Both the position numbers and the translations under genes were made by a program. A stretch of 64,000 nt of DNA from Octopus vulgaris (lineage: Eukaryota), in the NCBI GenBank assembly GCA_951406725.2, contig OX597821.1, positions 61,070,001 to 61,134,000 of the forward strand, read 5' to 3'. The notes beneath the pieces were generated by a model. The model was not told the DNA's origin, made no database searches, and saw only the letters and a list, made by a program, of their open reading frames with translations. Positions 40,067 to 52,534 of the stretch are shown in pieces. The stretch's first letter is position 1; the number at the start of each line of letters is the position of its first letter.

Positions 40067-41756
40067 TACTTCTAGCTTCCCTGTTAGTAGATACAGGTAC
40101 TTATAAATACTGCAGACATCATTTAATATTCCATTTTTATCGAGTGATAACATGAGTCCATCTTTAACGTACCGTACCCCCGCTCCACATAAATACACGT
40201 ATATATGTACATATATACGCCGTGACTGAAGTTGGGAAATGTGCATACAACTAAAACTGCAGAAACATGTGTTTGCATGTATGCTATGTAATCATCGGGC
40301 TTCCTCTCCCAATACATCTTACAGGTCCGCAACAACTGGTTATTTCCTTTCTGTTTCACTTTGTTCTTCCTCTTCTTCCACTACACAACGGGGTCCCTCT
40401 TTCGAGTCACTTCCAATTGATATCTATGCTTCCTTTTTACAACCTTGCCTCTCACCTTTAATTACTATTATTTTTATCACTGTCATCGTTGTCCACCCTC
40501 ACCTTATTTTCTCCATCCCTCATTCTTCTACGTCATTTATCTAAACCACGATGTCACTTTGTAATAACTTCACTGCAAATCATAAAAGCATCGATATAAG
40601 TTTTGTTTTGATCAATATATCTTAAAAGACGTTAAACTTATTTCCCTTGTATGTCTATTGCTAAATGTAGCTTAAAAGAGTCTTGGTGTTCTTTTTATCT
40701 TCGTATCGGGAGACCTCGGTCTTGTTATAGAAGTTGCTTTTGAAGTTTCTCTCAATCATTATTATATCATTAAAGTATTATTAATTAAAACATTGTTAAT
40801 TGAGGTTTCTTCAATGAAATTTTCTATGGCAGTTCTATGAAACTAGAAATAGCAGCCTAACTTCATTAAAATCAGACGATGCCATCAATGAACGGACGTA
40901 TTGTATAATATGGCACCAGATAAATTAAATATGTTTGAAAATGTCGTGATGGTCACGACAAGACTGCCTCTGAATATCAGCAAACTTAAGCAAATCTCTT
41001 CACGAGACTGCTACTGCGTACTTTAGTGTATTTACTTCAATTGTTAAGTATTGTAATAATCAAATATGGTTTCGTTGTGAGAAAGAGTAAGGTTAATTCT
41101 ATATTAATTCCTGTTCGTGAGTACTGCCCCAAAACTTTAAAATTTGTTTTGCCTCACCTCACACAAACATATCCTGTATTTAAACTTTTTCAAGTAATTT
41201 AAGCCTAAAAGAACCATTTTAATTTCCTTGGATTCTATAACTTTTCTTCACGCTTCACATATCCTCGGAACTACGATACGCATGTCAGCTCAAGCACCCT
41301 AAACAGATTATTTCTATTTTTACTATAATTTCTCTCATTTCCTGGGCTGTTTAATCAAAATTATAATTAAACTATCTCATGAATGTTTTCCATTTCAATG
41401 CAAAAATATTTGTATTATATTTTTTTTCTAACGTGCAGAATAATGAGAAGATAAATCCCATTAGTGGTGAAATTAGACACACCTCATTTAATTCATCTGA
41501 GGGTGTATGGCAACTGCATATTGTAAGCACGGTATAACTACAAATAATTGTTTGCTAAATCGACATTTATATGTTGCAGGCAATCTTTACATTTATAACA
41601 TCTTAAAAAATTCTGACAGAATCCCAACGATTACTAAGGAAAGTGAAAAAGAGATAAAGTAACACGAAGCTAGAATGCTTTATCGATAAGATTCTTGAAA
41701 TCAATCAATAAATAAATATTTCGTTGCAAAATACTTTTAAAAATCATCTACCGATA

Positions 41757-42037
41757 TTATTTGAAAGAGAAAGGATGAAAAAAGAGGAGGAGGCGGAAGA
41801 ACAACAGCAACGGAATACCAGACAGCAGCAACCACGACCGACTCCAACTTTCACTTGTGACTAACGCAATCCCGTGTGGTACGCTAGAATCGGCCTCTTT
41901 ATCCACATTCGCCATCGGCATTAATGGTCGAAATATTCGTCCATGAAGAGAAATCAACCTTCGTATTCGAGGGACAAGCCGATGACGACGACTATGCACT
42001 GATGATTGGGCCCAGAAAGATCCAAACATGTCTGTAC
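41757..42037 (-). CDS. Candidate terminal coding exon with hydrophobic C-terminus (GPI-signal or TM-like), host gene unknown
   Basis: Strong acceptor TTGTTATCTGTTTTCAG, phase 1, with only one frame open (92 sense codons to TAA). It is GC-richer than its flanks and ends SWSRSWLLLSGIPLLLFFRLLLFFHPFSFK*. Confidence 0.5.
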
Positions 42038-43064
42038 CTGAAAACAGATAACAAATTTGCTCTAAGCATGTACATTAATTTAAAGGAATGAATATGGAAT
42101 GTCTTGAAATGATCTCTCTTTGTCTTTGAGCTTCTCTATTATTATGTTTTTTGCTTTTTTCTGACTAAAATAGAAATTTTAATGCATTCAGAATGTTTTG
42201 TATATATTATTCAGTACATCAACTCACAACTTATTTAAGTTAAATATAACATCTTTCAGAGATGCTTGGACCAAAGCCAGATGTCTTGAAGAGCTTTGTG
42301 ATATAGCATTGTGATGGTTAACTAACGATAAACAATTTGCCCGCCAGACTAAAGAAAGAATTAAATAAATAAATAAAAAAAATGCTATTAGTTGAAGCGT
42401 AAAGAGAGAGAAAATAACGCAAAGAATAAAACAAATATAACAAGACGAAGATGATTTGAAAAATAGAAATGTAACTGAACAAATACAATGAAATGTTATC
42501 AAGCTAAGTGTGCTTCAGTGCTCAGCAGATCACACGCAGAGATCTGATTATTCAACTGGAAATATCTATCTTTCAATTCTCGTAGAGTATTGGCAAATGT
42601 TTAAAGAGCTTATTTTAGCGTAACTAGAATTAATCTCGGATTAGTTAGACGTTTATCGATGTCGCTAAAGCAGATGTGAACAGTTTCGTCCAAGAGTTGG
42701 CTGCAAAATACACATGACTGACTTTTGGCACTAAGAGTAAAACATGATTGAAGAAATGCAATGCTCTATAACAATAGGCACCACAACCAATATATGAACG
42801 CATTCGTAGCATCGATGCAAATTTAATGTAGGAGAATATTTTTCAGATTTACTTTCATTTCCTTTTGTTATTTTCTTCTTTGCTTTGCTGTTTTCTCTTT
42901 CGAAGTATTCAATAAGATTTTTGGAATATTTCTTTGAAATGAAAGGAATTTAATAGCAACAGACTAAAAAATCATTAAAAATGTATAATTCATTTATTTA
43001 TCAGAATATCAAGATATGACACACGCATATACGCACGTACAAACATATGAATTGTATTTATGAA

Positions 43065-43290
<226 letters not shown>

Positions 43291-44119
43291 ATAAGCTATA
43301 TTGCATGCATACATATATAGTCAAATATAATAAGAGAAGTGACAAGAAAATTGCAAACGAAATGAATGATAAGTAAATACGCATTGAGAATGCAAAGGAT
43401 TTAAATAATTAAACAAGAAGAGAAAGATGCATTGTACAAAGGATAAAATAATTGAAAATAAGGATAAATAAAAAAATACGATGTGCATTTGATATATTAT
43501 ACAAATATGGGCCACAAGAGATCTAAAATATTAATTTCATATGACATCAAATCAAAAATGTTATTGAAATGGGAATCTTCAGATTTGCAAGAATATAATA
43601 TTAAGGCAGTTATATATGGTTGTGTTTACTAGGAGACTTGTTCTGATCAACAGTTAAAGAATAAACGGGTCTAGAACGTGCTAAGGTCACTTTGAGGGAT
43701 TAGAAAATATTAAAATTTCTTCAAATAGCATCGCGTATATACTTTTAGAAATCTTAAGCTCTTTATACCAATTAATATTTAATGTGTTAAAGCAAGATTA
43801 TTGGACGAGCATTGGCCGACCAGAAACAGGACTTCTATTCAATCATGGCGGGCATTTACACACATAGGGGCATACACAGATACACACACTTCATGCAACA
43901 TTTCGGTTGTTTCGTGGGCGGAGGTCGGTAGCACATTATTTAGCAATATAAACAGTAGTCTTTAGATATTTAGAGAGACCTAAGAGCTCTTTGATACGTT
44001 AACGGAAGTACTTGAGTGAGTAGATCAATTTTTTACTGTGTTTATTCTTGTCTTTCTTCTCGAGAGTTGACCTAAGTTTTAAAGTATTAGGCACAGTACG
44101 GCATTATAAATCTATTGAT

Positions 44120-44520
44120 AAAGCAGCGGGCTGATAAAACTGTTAGCGCGTCAGACAAAGTGCTTAACGGCATTGGTTCCTATTCTTTACATTCTGAGCT
44201 CAAATTCTGCCGTAGTCGACTTTTCCTTTCGTCTTTTCAGAGTAGATAAAATAACTAAAAGTTACCTCTACTTTTAAAAAAAGTGAGGACCATGTACCAA
44301 AATTCAAAAGCATTATTATTCTATTGGAAGCCGGTAGAATCTTTGGAACATCGGAAAAAGGCGTTGAGGTATTTTTTCTGGCATGTTATGACGTTCTGAG
44401 TTCAAATCCTGTTAGGATTAACCTTACCTTTCATCCTTTCCTGGAATATTGTAAGAAAAGTAATTGTGTCGAAATTGTTGATGGCATGGTCCCTAAATTA
44501 GGAAGAGTTATTAATATGTT
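44120..44520 (+). mobile_element. Two decayed SINE family C copies
   Basis: TTCTGAG(C/T)TCAAAT...CCTTTC(G/A)TC(C/T)TTTC core seen twice. Confidence 0.6.
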
Positions 44521-47165
44521 AATATGATTCTAAATGGTAAGTTATAACTATCGCTTGGGAATCTCAATAAACGATTCAAGCCATATATCTGACTGTCCCT
44601 GGAATTAAACGATTTCGGCAATTTATTACAAACCTATATACTCATTATTCGATTCCATGGAACTTGGAGTAGATACTTTAACAAATTTAAAGGTTGTTAT
44701 AATCCTGTAATAATTAGAGTACGACTTTTAGCATTGATAATGTTGTGTACGTTTCTGAAAACCCACTGAGAAATTATAGATGTTGCATATGTGAATAAAT
44801 TGGGACATACAAAGATTTTGAGCGAAGGCTAATATGTAAATCTTGCTGTCGATTGACTTTATGTCAACCTTGATTTTGTAGTTCTATGATCAAAGGCATA
44901 TTCAATTTGTAGAATATGACAGTTTGGATTTTCTGAGTAACAGACGTAATATATCATGCAAGCACAGAGGATTCCAAGTGTTTAATGAAATAGATGATAA
45001 AAAACCTCAAATAAATGTTAATGAAATCGAAAATTAAACGGCTACAATAGAGGACATTATTTTGTTTCCTTTCGATCCGAACAATTCTACTGAAAAACTT
45101 GCCCCTGAAAATTTGATTTTGTGTTAGAGTCGTAATTAATATAAATAACATTTTAAACACTCTTACTGTTAGACCAAGTATAGAAGGTGTGAACATTTCT
45201 GCTCAAAAAGTTTTTAATATTTGCAATGAATACAATTGAAAATCTATGGTATACTCTTAGAAGTAAACACTTAACATACATGCACTCACCACTTCATTTT
45301 TGCTCAAAATGAAGTGTTGTTTTTGGATAGAAAGAAAGTTTAGAATATAACGAGGTGTTTTAGTTTCTTAGCCAAGGTCACATTTTATCAAGCAAACCAT
45401 GTTGATAAATTTCATCTATAACTAACCCATTTCTTATCTGGTTGGCGGTTTTCGCTGTGGTCGACGATTCTGAACAGATAGTTACTTCACCACTTCTACC
45501 GTGTCGTGGCTGTTTCCAGAAGCAAAGGCCTGGTCTCAAATATACTTACCACCTCTCCAATCACGAAAGGAAAAAACGTAATTCCGTTTGCATCATCTAT
45601 GGAACCGCAGAGGAAGCCAGATATTGATTAAATATTGTTGTACACGTCTGCTCAAGATTCTCTGTAGATGATTACTTCCTTAGCCTTTCTTAAGGCTCAA
45701 TAAATTACTTGCCAAAGCAGTAGAGGTTTATTATTATGGTGGACATTGTTTTGTGTAGAGTCAGTACCATTCGCTCGTTCTCCAATCTTGTATCGGTTTG
45801 GTGCAACAAGAATGCCATTAAGTAGTTATCAGGATGCGGAATATTATGGAGTTACCTTTTCTTAGATGAGCCGCTAAAGAGCTGAAGGTTTATGTGCCCT
45901 GGGTTCGTTGGGATGTATGTCAGCGATCTTATTCCAGAGTATTCTATAATTATCTAATGTCCTATAATTTCTTTATGATGATTTGGTACAGTTTGAAGGA
46001 AATGCAACTGGTATTTATAGCAAGCCGTTGACCACGTGGAACAGAAACAGCAAACTATTTAACAGAAAGAGCGAAATGAAATTGTATAAAATTCTGTTGG
46101 AACGTAACACTGAAAGAAAAAATGGTCAATATTTAATTATATATATATACATAAGCGAAGAACATAAATTACTGTTTTGATCTTAAGGGTTAAACAGTTT
46201 TCTTTTCTATTTTCATATTGACTGCTGGTGAACTCAATAGACGCTAACAGCCGGCGATTTCAAATTGGAATTAATGGCGAAACATTTCTCATCTTCAATG
46301 GAAAATATCTTTGGCAAGTATAGGTATATTGTGAATAAATGGGTGAGTGCATTGACAAATACGAAACCCAGTGAAAACGAAAAGCATCAACCACAATCCT
46401 ATAAACTTCTCATAATTTAACTGCTAAAATATGACTTGAAGTTATAATTTATAATTTTCAATTTCACAATTTCTGAATATTCTGTCATCTTAATGGTATT
46501 TATGAATTGTTACGTGTAGATTATTCCTTAAGGATAATACTGACAATTTTCTGCTTGAGCTATCTCAGGAATTGATAAGAACTAGCTATCAACATTGATT
46601 TAATCGTTATATCATTATGTTGAAAACGCAATTGTACAGGATATATATCAATTTAGATGAGAGGAAACAAATTCATACAAATCTCTCTGTTTTGTTTCTT
46701 CACACCTAATTAATCTGTCATACAGGAAAACAATTCGTGTGATTGATTGACTGATAAAATGTTAAAACTTATGGGAAATATTTTCACACATTACAGCAAT
46801 TATATACGTATAAAACTAATTAAGTTAATACAAATGTACGCGTGATAATCTCTGCATGTCGTTTTAGAACAACGTGGCTGATGTGACATGCAAATAGATA
46901 TACAATTATTAATATATTAGAGCTTATTAACTCAGGTGAAAAGTGACAAGCATCTACATATTACCTCAGTCAAGAATCAAATCCATTGTTTATTAGGTGG
47001 ATGCACTACCGTTTACAACCTCTAGAATACGCATTCTCTTCTCTCTCAAATGAAATAGAAATGTATTTGTTAAAATTTAGCTTCACAACATGCTCAATTG
47101 CCTATATTTATTTTGTCAAAGCATTAACCCGGGGCAAAATTCAGATACATACATACATGCATACA

Positions 47166-47199
<34 letters not shown>

Positions 47200-47304
47200 C
47201 ATTCAAATATACATTCGTACTTGCATATATAAATACATACATGCACACATACGTATACATATATATTGCATGTATAAATATAGATATACAAGATATATAT
47301 AAAA

Positions 47305-47470
47305 CATCGAGCTGACAGGATCTTTAAACATCTGGTCAAAATTCTCAGCAGCATTTAGTCCGGCTTTAAGTTCAAATTTCACCGAGATTGACTTTGCCAT
47401 CCATTCTTTCGGGGTTGATGTAATTGACCCCTCCCCCTCAATTGGTGGTATTTTCCCAAAATTTGAAACG
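47305..47470 (+). mobile_element. Decayed SINE family C copy
   Basis: GAGCTGACAG...GTTCAAATTTCACCGAGATTGACTTTGCCATCCATTCTTTCGGGGTTGAT. Confidence 0.6.
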
Positions 47471-48085
47471 AAGATATGTAAATTTATATAACACATACAT
47501 ATGTGTATATGTTTATATAAATAATTCACGCTGCTGTAATCTTATGAAAGCTACGCAATTAACAGTGAAGAAATCATTGACTACTATTTTCACTACTTTG
47601 CCAGAGAAAATTCCTGAACCATCCTCTTCAGTTTTGGTGCTAACGACAGAAATTAGTCCTGTAATTATCTATCCGTGAAGAACGGTTTACAATAGAGAAT
47701 TCCAAATCAAAAGCTTTACTCCGAGAAAAAAAATTCTTATTATCATTTCCTGAAACACTAAATACGGGTGTAGTGTAATTTGTATTGGTCTGCTGATGAT
47801 ACCAAAAGTTAATTTAACCATTCTGAGTTTCCCTCTGCAGTATAAGTGCAGTGTGGTCAAATTTATAGTTTACTATTTGTTTTAGGTTGATATATGTAAA
47901 AATAGTAGTTCTGATAAGACTGGACAACAGTTATATAGTGAAAGAAGTGTGAATTAACATATTTGGTATTGTATATTAGCCACTACAAAGGAACAAAATG
48001 TTGACTTAGCGTTAGGAAGGAGAACAAGATATTTTAGAACTTTAACAGCGTTTGGTTTATTGTCACCCCCCTTTCATCGTAATCT

Positions 48086-48146
48086 GGTGATTACCGCCCG
48101 TTGACAAGAGGCAACAACCTCGAAACTGCAGTCCGTGCGTATCACT
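48086..48146 (+). ncRNA. Type I hammerhead ribozyme, U3-A8 core variant
   Basis: GUGAU-UAC-CGCCCG UUGACAA GAGG-CAACAA-CCUC GAAAC-UGCA-GUC CGUGCG-U-AUCAC. Stems I, II and III all pair. Predicted cleavage is after 48133. Confidence 0.88.
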
Positions 48147-48435
48147 TAGGCTTACGAGAAAGGGATGGCCTCCCTTTGCAAATACCATAAGGGCACAGAT
48201 AGTGTGCCTATAGCCAGCTGGAGACGATGGTCTCCTGGGGCTAAAAGCTACAGTACCCCCCTTTGCGGTTAGCCATATTGAGATGGCTATTATACTTTAC
48301 ATTGTCGAGCGGTTATTGTTTACATCTCGTTCAGAGATTTAATAATGCTTGCAGACAGTTTTTTCGAAATCAGTGACGGAAGTTACTAGAAAAACACATA
48401 TATTTGCATACAGGCTTTCCCTTTCATCGTAATCC

Positions 48436-48496
48436 GGTGATTACCGCCCGTTGATAAGAGGCAACAACCTCGAAACTGCAGTCCGTGCGTATCACT
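48436..48496 (+). ncRNA. Type I hammerhead ribozyme, U3-A8 core variant (second copy)
   Basis: Identical to the first except the core reads UUGAUAA, a change at the free N7 position. Predicted cleavage is after 48483. Confidence 0.88.
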
Positions 48497-49617
48497 TAGG
48501 CTTACGAGAAAGGGATGGCCTCCCTTTGCAAATACCATAAGGGCACAGATAGTGTGCCTAAAGCCAGCTGGAGACGATGATCTCCTGGGGCTAAAAGCTA
48601 CAGTAACCCCCCTATGTGGTTAGCCATATTGAGATGGCTATTATACTTTACATTGTCGAGCGGTTACTGTTTACATCTCGTTCAGAGATTTAATAATGAT
48701 TTTTTCTTTGTTTATCTCAAAATACAAGTTAAAAAGGTATACTGATTAACATTCCTCAAATATTTGATTAAGCATTAAGCAACAAATAACTAGAATATCT
48801 ATGTACATCAAATTGGATTAGAATGACTTTCCTTAGCATCTCAATATTTACTGCGTTGATGCCGCCAAAATGACGTTCGTAGTTTAATAAGAAAATACAT
48901 TAATTTTTGTTTAAGATTTCAGTTCAATGTGTGAGTGATTATATTAGTGTATCAAGTGATTGAACGATTTAGTAGGTGGATTAGGAAGATAAAACCAATA
49001 CTTAGTCATTAAGCATCTACAGTTTATATACTGTTGTTATTAAAGAAATCAGTTCTGTTTAGAAGAGAGCAGTATGATAAATTAGATGTGCGTTCATTCT
49101 GACGTCTAGGTCAGGATGCAATTATATTAATATGACATTTACATATATGCAAGTGAAATACGTGTGCAAAGCGAGAGTTCATACAAATAATGAATAATAA
49201 TGTAAACAAAAAGAAGGGTAGACATCTACATACATACATTACACATATACACAAACATATATAGGTTATCACATACATATAGGCTATCATTTATTTATAC
49301 GCACATGTTCTATTTAATATTCACATGCATAATTGCTGTTGTTTATCCCCAAATGAATCATGATTGACCAAACATAGGATGAAATATATTTACACCGTTA
49401 CCATTTATTATATTTCTGAAGGTATCAATGAATACATTATCTCCAAGATAGTGGGGGGGGGGGGGTGATGTGAAGGAGGAAGATTTGTCATCTCTATCTA
49501 ACAGATCAACTAACAATTCTACATGACTTCTACAATCAATATTAATGTCTTTATAAAGACCGGAAAGTTGAAAGATGTATGCACAATCATTTGAATCGGA
49601 ATTCCAGTTATATAAAT

Positions 49618-49828
49618 ATGTACATTATTTACATTTGGCAGATATTTGTCCCCATCTTGTTTGTTGTTAACACAACGTTTCGGCTGATATACCCTCCAGC
49701 CTTCATCAGATGCCTTCATCAGATGCCTTCATCAGATGCCTTGGGGAAATTTCGAACCTGGGTTCACATTCCTAAGGTATATTTCGATGTTATTACTATT
49801 ATTATTATTGTTATTGTTATTATTATTA

Positions 49829-49901
<73 letters not shown>

Positions 49902-50630
49902 GTTGGGGTTAGTAACTCGCGCTCTCAACCACTATACCATATTATGCCCGTGGGCAATTATGGAGTGAATTTTAGGGCTTATAAATCTAATATTTTCCTA
50001 TGCTTCCTTAATACCGGTTCCCATATGATATTCATATCTGCACATGGTCTGCTTAGGAGGTTGTTGTGTCCTAGCATATGTACTGCTTCTCTTAGTTTTC
50101 ATATTTTCCAGTAGTGTTCTCTGTCTATTGTTTTAATTTCATCCCACAGAGGAACGTGGTCTCCATTTTTCCATACTTGATCAGCTATACCTGATTTATC
50201 TCCTCGTGCCAAGCTTTGCAAATATTCCCCTACCCTTATTTTGAAGGGGAGGCATGTTTCGCCTTTGTATAACCTACCAGAGCTGCATGGAGTACACACA
50301 GTTTTTGGTCATATTCTCTTCTATTTGTGGTTTTACTCGGAGATATTTGTGAAATATTCTATTACTCTTGAATACCGTCCTGATGTCATATGGGCCGCAT
50401 ATCTTTTCTATCTTTTAGGAGAGGCCTTTCACATAGGGTAGACAGACTGTAGGCAGTTTATTGGTTCCACCCTCTCTTCTCTGCATAATTGGAGCAGATA
50501 GTATGTTTTTGGGGGTAGTTGTTGTTTAATAGATTGTTACTGAGCTTGACCATTTCTTCGTGGTGGGTATCATGATCGCTACTTATATTCTTTGCTCGAT
50601 GTTTTAGGCACTGAGCAATCCCTCTGTCCA
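49618..50630 (-). mobile_element. Penelope-like element 3' portion: RT C-terminal tail, GIY-YIG endonuclease remnant and 3' repeat
   Basis: Minus translations GIAQCLKHRAKNISSD...LLNNNYP, LPYVKGLS and PCSSGRLYKGETCLPFKIRVGEY...KSGIADQVW...WDEIKTIDRE...KLREAVHM. Confidence 0.9.
49668..49714 (-). ncRNA. Minimal PLE-type hammerhead motif
   Basis: Minus strand GGCAU CUGAUGA A GGCUG-GAGGGUAUAU-CAGCC GAAAC GUU GUGUU. It has a 5-bp stem II, a wobble-rich stem I and a loopless palindromic helix III (AACGUU). Confidence 0.7.
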
Positions 50631-50887
50631 CAAGTATTGCCAGTACATACTCAAATTTTTATTTACACCAGAAAACCCTTTTCGAATGAGCAACACAGAA
50701 TCCACGGCTCCAAACTTTGAAATAACTAAACATGAACTACTATTGGAACTTACATACCATGTACAGGTAAATTTTTTTACCACTTCTATACACCGCTTTC
50801 TTTGAATAATGGAACTGTAACAACAATATGTTTATATATTTTATTTCTACTTTCATTCTCTTCTTTCCCTCTATATTCCCTATCTCA

Positions 50888-51118
50888 AGGCGGCGAGCTG
50901 GCAGACACGTTAGCGCGCCGGGCGGAATGCTTAGCGGTATTTCGTCTGTCGTTACGTTCTGAGTTCAAATTCCGCCGAGGTCGACTTTGCCTTTCATCCT
51001 TTCGGGGTCGATAAATTAAGTACCAGTTACGCACTGGGGTCGATGTAATCGACTGAATCCGTTTGTCTGTCCTTGTTTGTCCTCTCTATGTTTAGCCCCT
51101 TGTGGGCAATAAAGAAAT
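50888..51118 (+). mobile_element. SINE family C (full length, Meta-domain-like core)
   Basis: AGGCGGCGAGCTGGCAGA...GAGTTCAAATTCC...GACTTTGCCTTTCATCCTTTCGGGGTCGATAAA...AAAGAAATA. Multiple copies occur in the window. Confidence 0.9.
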
Positions 51119-51239
51119 ATATATTCCCTATCTCATCCTTTTCCATAATAATCACTTATTTCCAATTGAAATATTTACCTCTATTTAACCATCTTACAGC
51201 CTTGGCCTTGTTATCACATTTTGTCTAATATGTATATAT

Positions 51240-51460
51240 ACGGAGGTGGTTGAAACTTCCCTGGCTTTTGGGGAAAAGAAAATAGAGGAGGATCGGTTAA
51301 CTATGTTTTTATTGAACATATTAACATATTCCTCTCTCAAATTTACACATTTATTGAAGCCGCCCTTCAGGTTTTCTCAGCCCTGTAAAAGAAGTCAGAC
51401 GTTCAAACAGGCCTTTCGCAATACCCTTAAAGTCAGGTACTTTTCAGCACCCACTCGACT
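51240..51460 (-). mobile_element. Mariner-derived MITE
   Basis: Imperfect TIRs GGTGGTTGAAACTTCCCTGGCTTT / AAAGTCAGGTACTTTTCAGCACC. The interior resembles a mariner C-terminus (KCV.LR.EYV on the minus strand). Confidence 0.55.
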
Positions 51461-52020
51461 ATATGTGTGTGTGTGCGTGTGCGTGTGTGTATGCATGTGT
51501 GTGCGTGTTTGTGTCGGCAACACAAGCCATTTCTTCATCATATTTAGAGCAGATACATCGCGAAAAGGCAAGTATACTTCGTGCGATAAAATCTCTTAAG
51601 AACTTTATAAAAGTAGTTTAAAATACCAAATATATCATTGGTAGACGACACTATTACAGCAGTAGCGGTGTGAGTGTTATAGGAGCATTCCTGCCTCTTT
51701 GTGCTTTGTCAGTAGCATGCATTTTCCTGCACATTGCAATGATGAGACAAAATTCGTCGCTACTGACAAAGAAAAACGGTGATTAAAAGGTTACTAATAT
51801 TACAATTAGCCACCCGGTTGAATAATATCCCTTGTGAGCATCAGAAGTATAAGATTAAAATAGGTATCTGAGTATCATACTTAATGCAAATGCATCAATA
51901 ATGCAAATATAGCAAATACAACAAATAAAGGCAAATTAACTGTGCTATTCGTCCGGTGCTTGTATTGTTATGGGCCTTCTATGTCCAAAAACAAATAATT
52001 TAATGGCAGCTGTTGATATT

Positions 52021-52153
52021 TACTCTTTTACTATTTTACATGTTTCAGTCATAGCCCGGGGCTATAGCAGAAGACACTTGCCCAAGATGCCACGCAGTGG
52101 GACTGAACCCGGAACCTTGTGGCTGGTTATCAAGTTACTTACCACACAACCAC
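52021..52153 (-). mobile_element. SINE family A with its middle deleted
   Basis: The tail TGTTTCAGTCAT is joined directly to GCCCGGGGCTATAG...GGGACTGAACCCGGAACC head sequence. Confidence 0.75.
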
Positions 52154-52485
52154 TGGTATCCATGGTTGATAATTTTAAGGTATTCTAGTATATTCTCCAG
52201 ACTTTATGAATGGAAATATGTAGATGATATTTTCGTATTTATATGAAATTTAGTTATTGTAGTTTGCTTAATTAAAAACAACACACCTTATCAGCATTTT
52301 ATTCGATATCTTACATATAGTTTTATTTACTGTTATAATTAGGGATTTTGTCACAAATAGTTAAGCATACTCACTATACCTGACTTGTGCAGCTTGGATT
52401 TCTGATTAAAATGTTCTGGCACGAAGCCTCGTTGATTGTAACTAATACATACATAAAATAATGCGAAAAACGGAATATGTTACAC

Positions 52486-52534
<49 letters not shown>

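Larger units (their letters stand above)
48069..48698 (+). mobile_element. Tandem 350-bp non-coding unit (1.8 copies) with hammerhead ribozymes: putative non-LTR retrozyme
   Basis: 48069-48347 repeats at 48419-48698 with an exact 350-bp offset and about 8 differences in 280 bp. Each repeat holds a hammerhead and there is no ORF. Confidence 0.88.

Noticed and set aside
48069-48698. TRIM or solo-LTR pair interpretation of the direct repeats
   Set aside because: There are no TG..CA termini, PBS or PPT. The 71-bp spacer also has a counterpart in the permuted copy at 20 kb, so the unit is a continuous tandem monomer.
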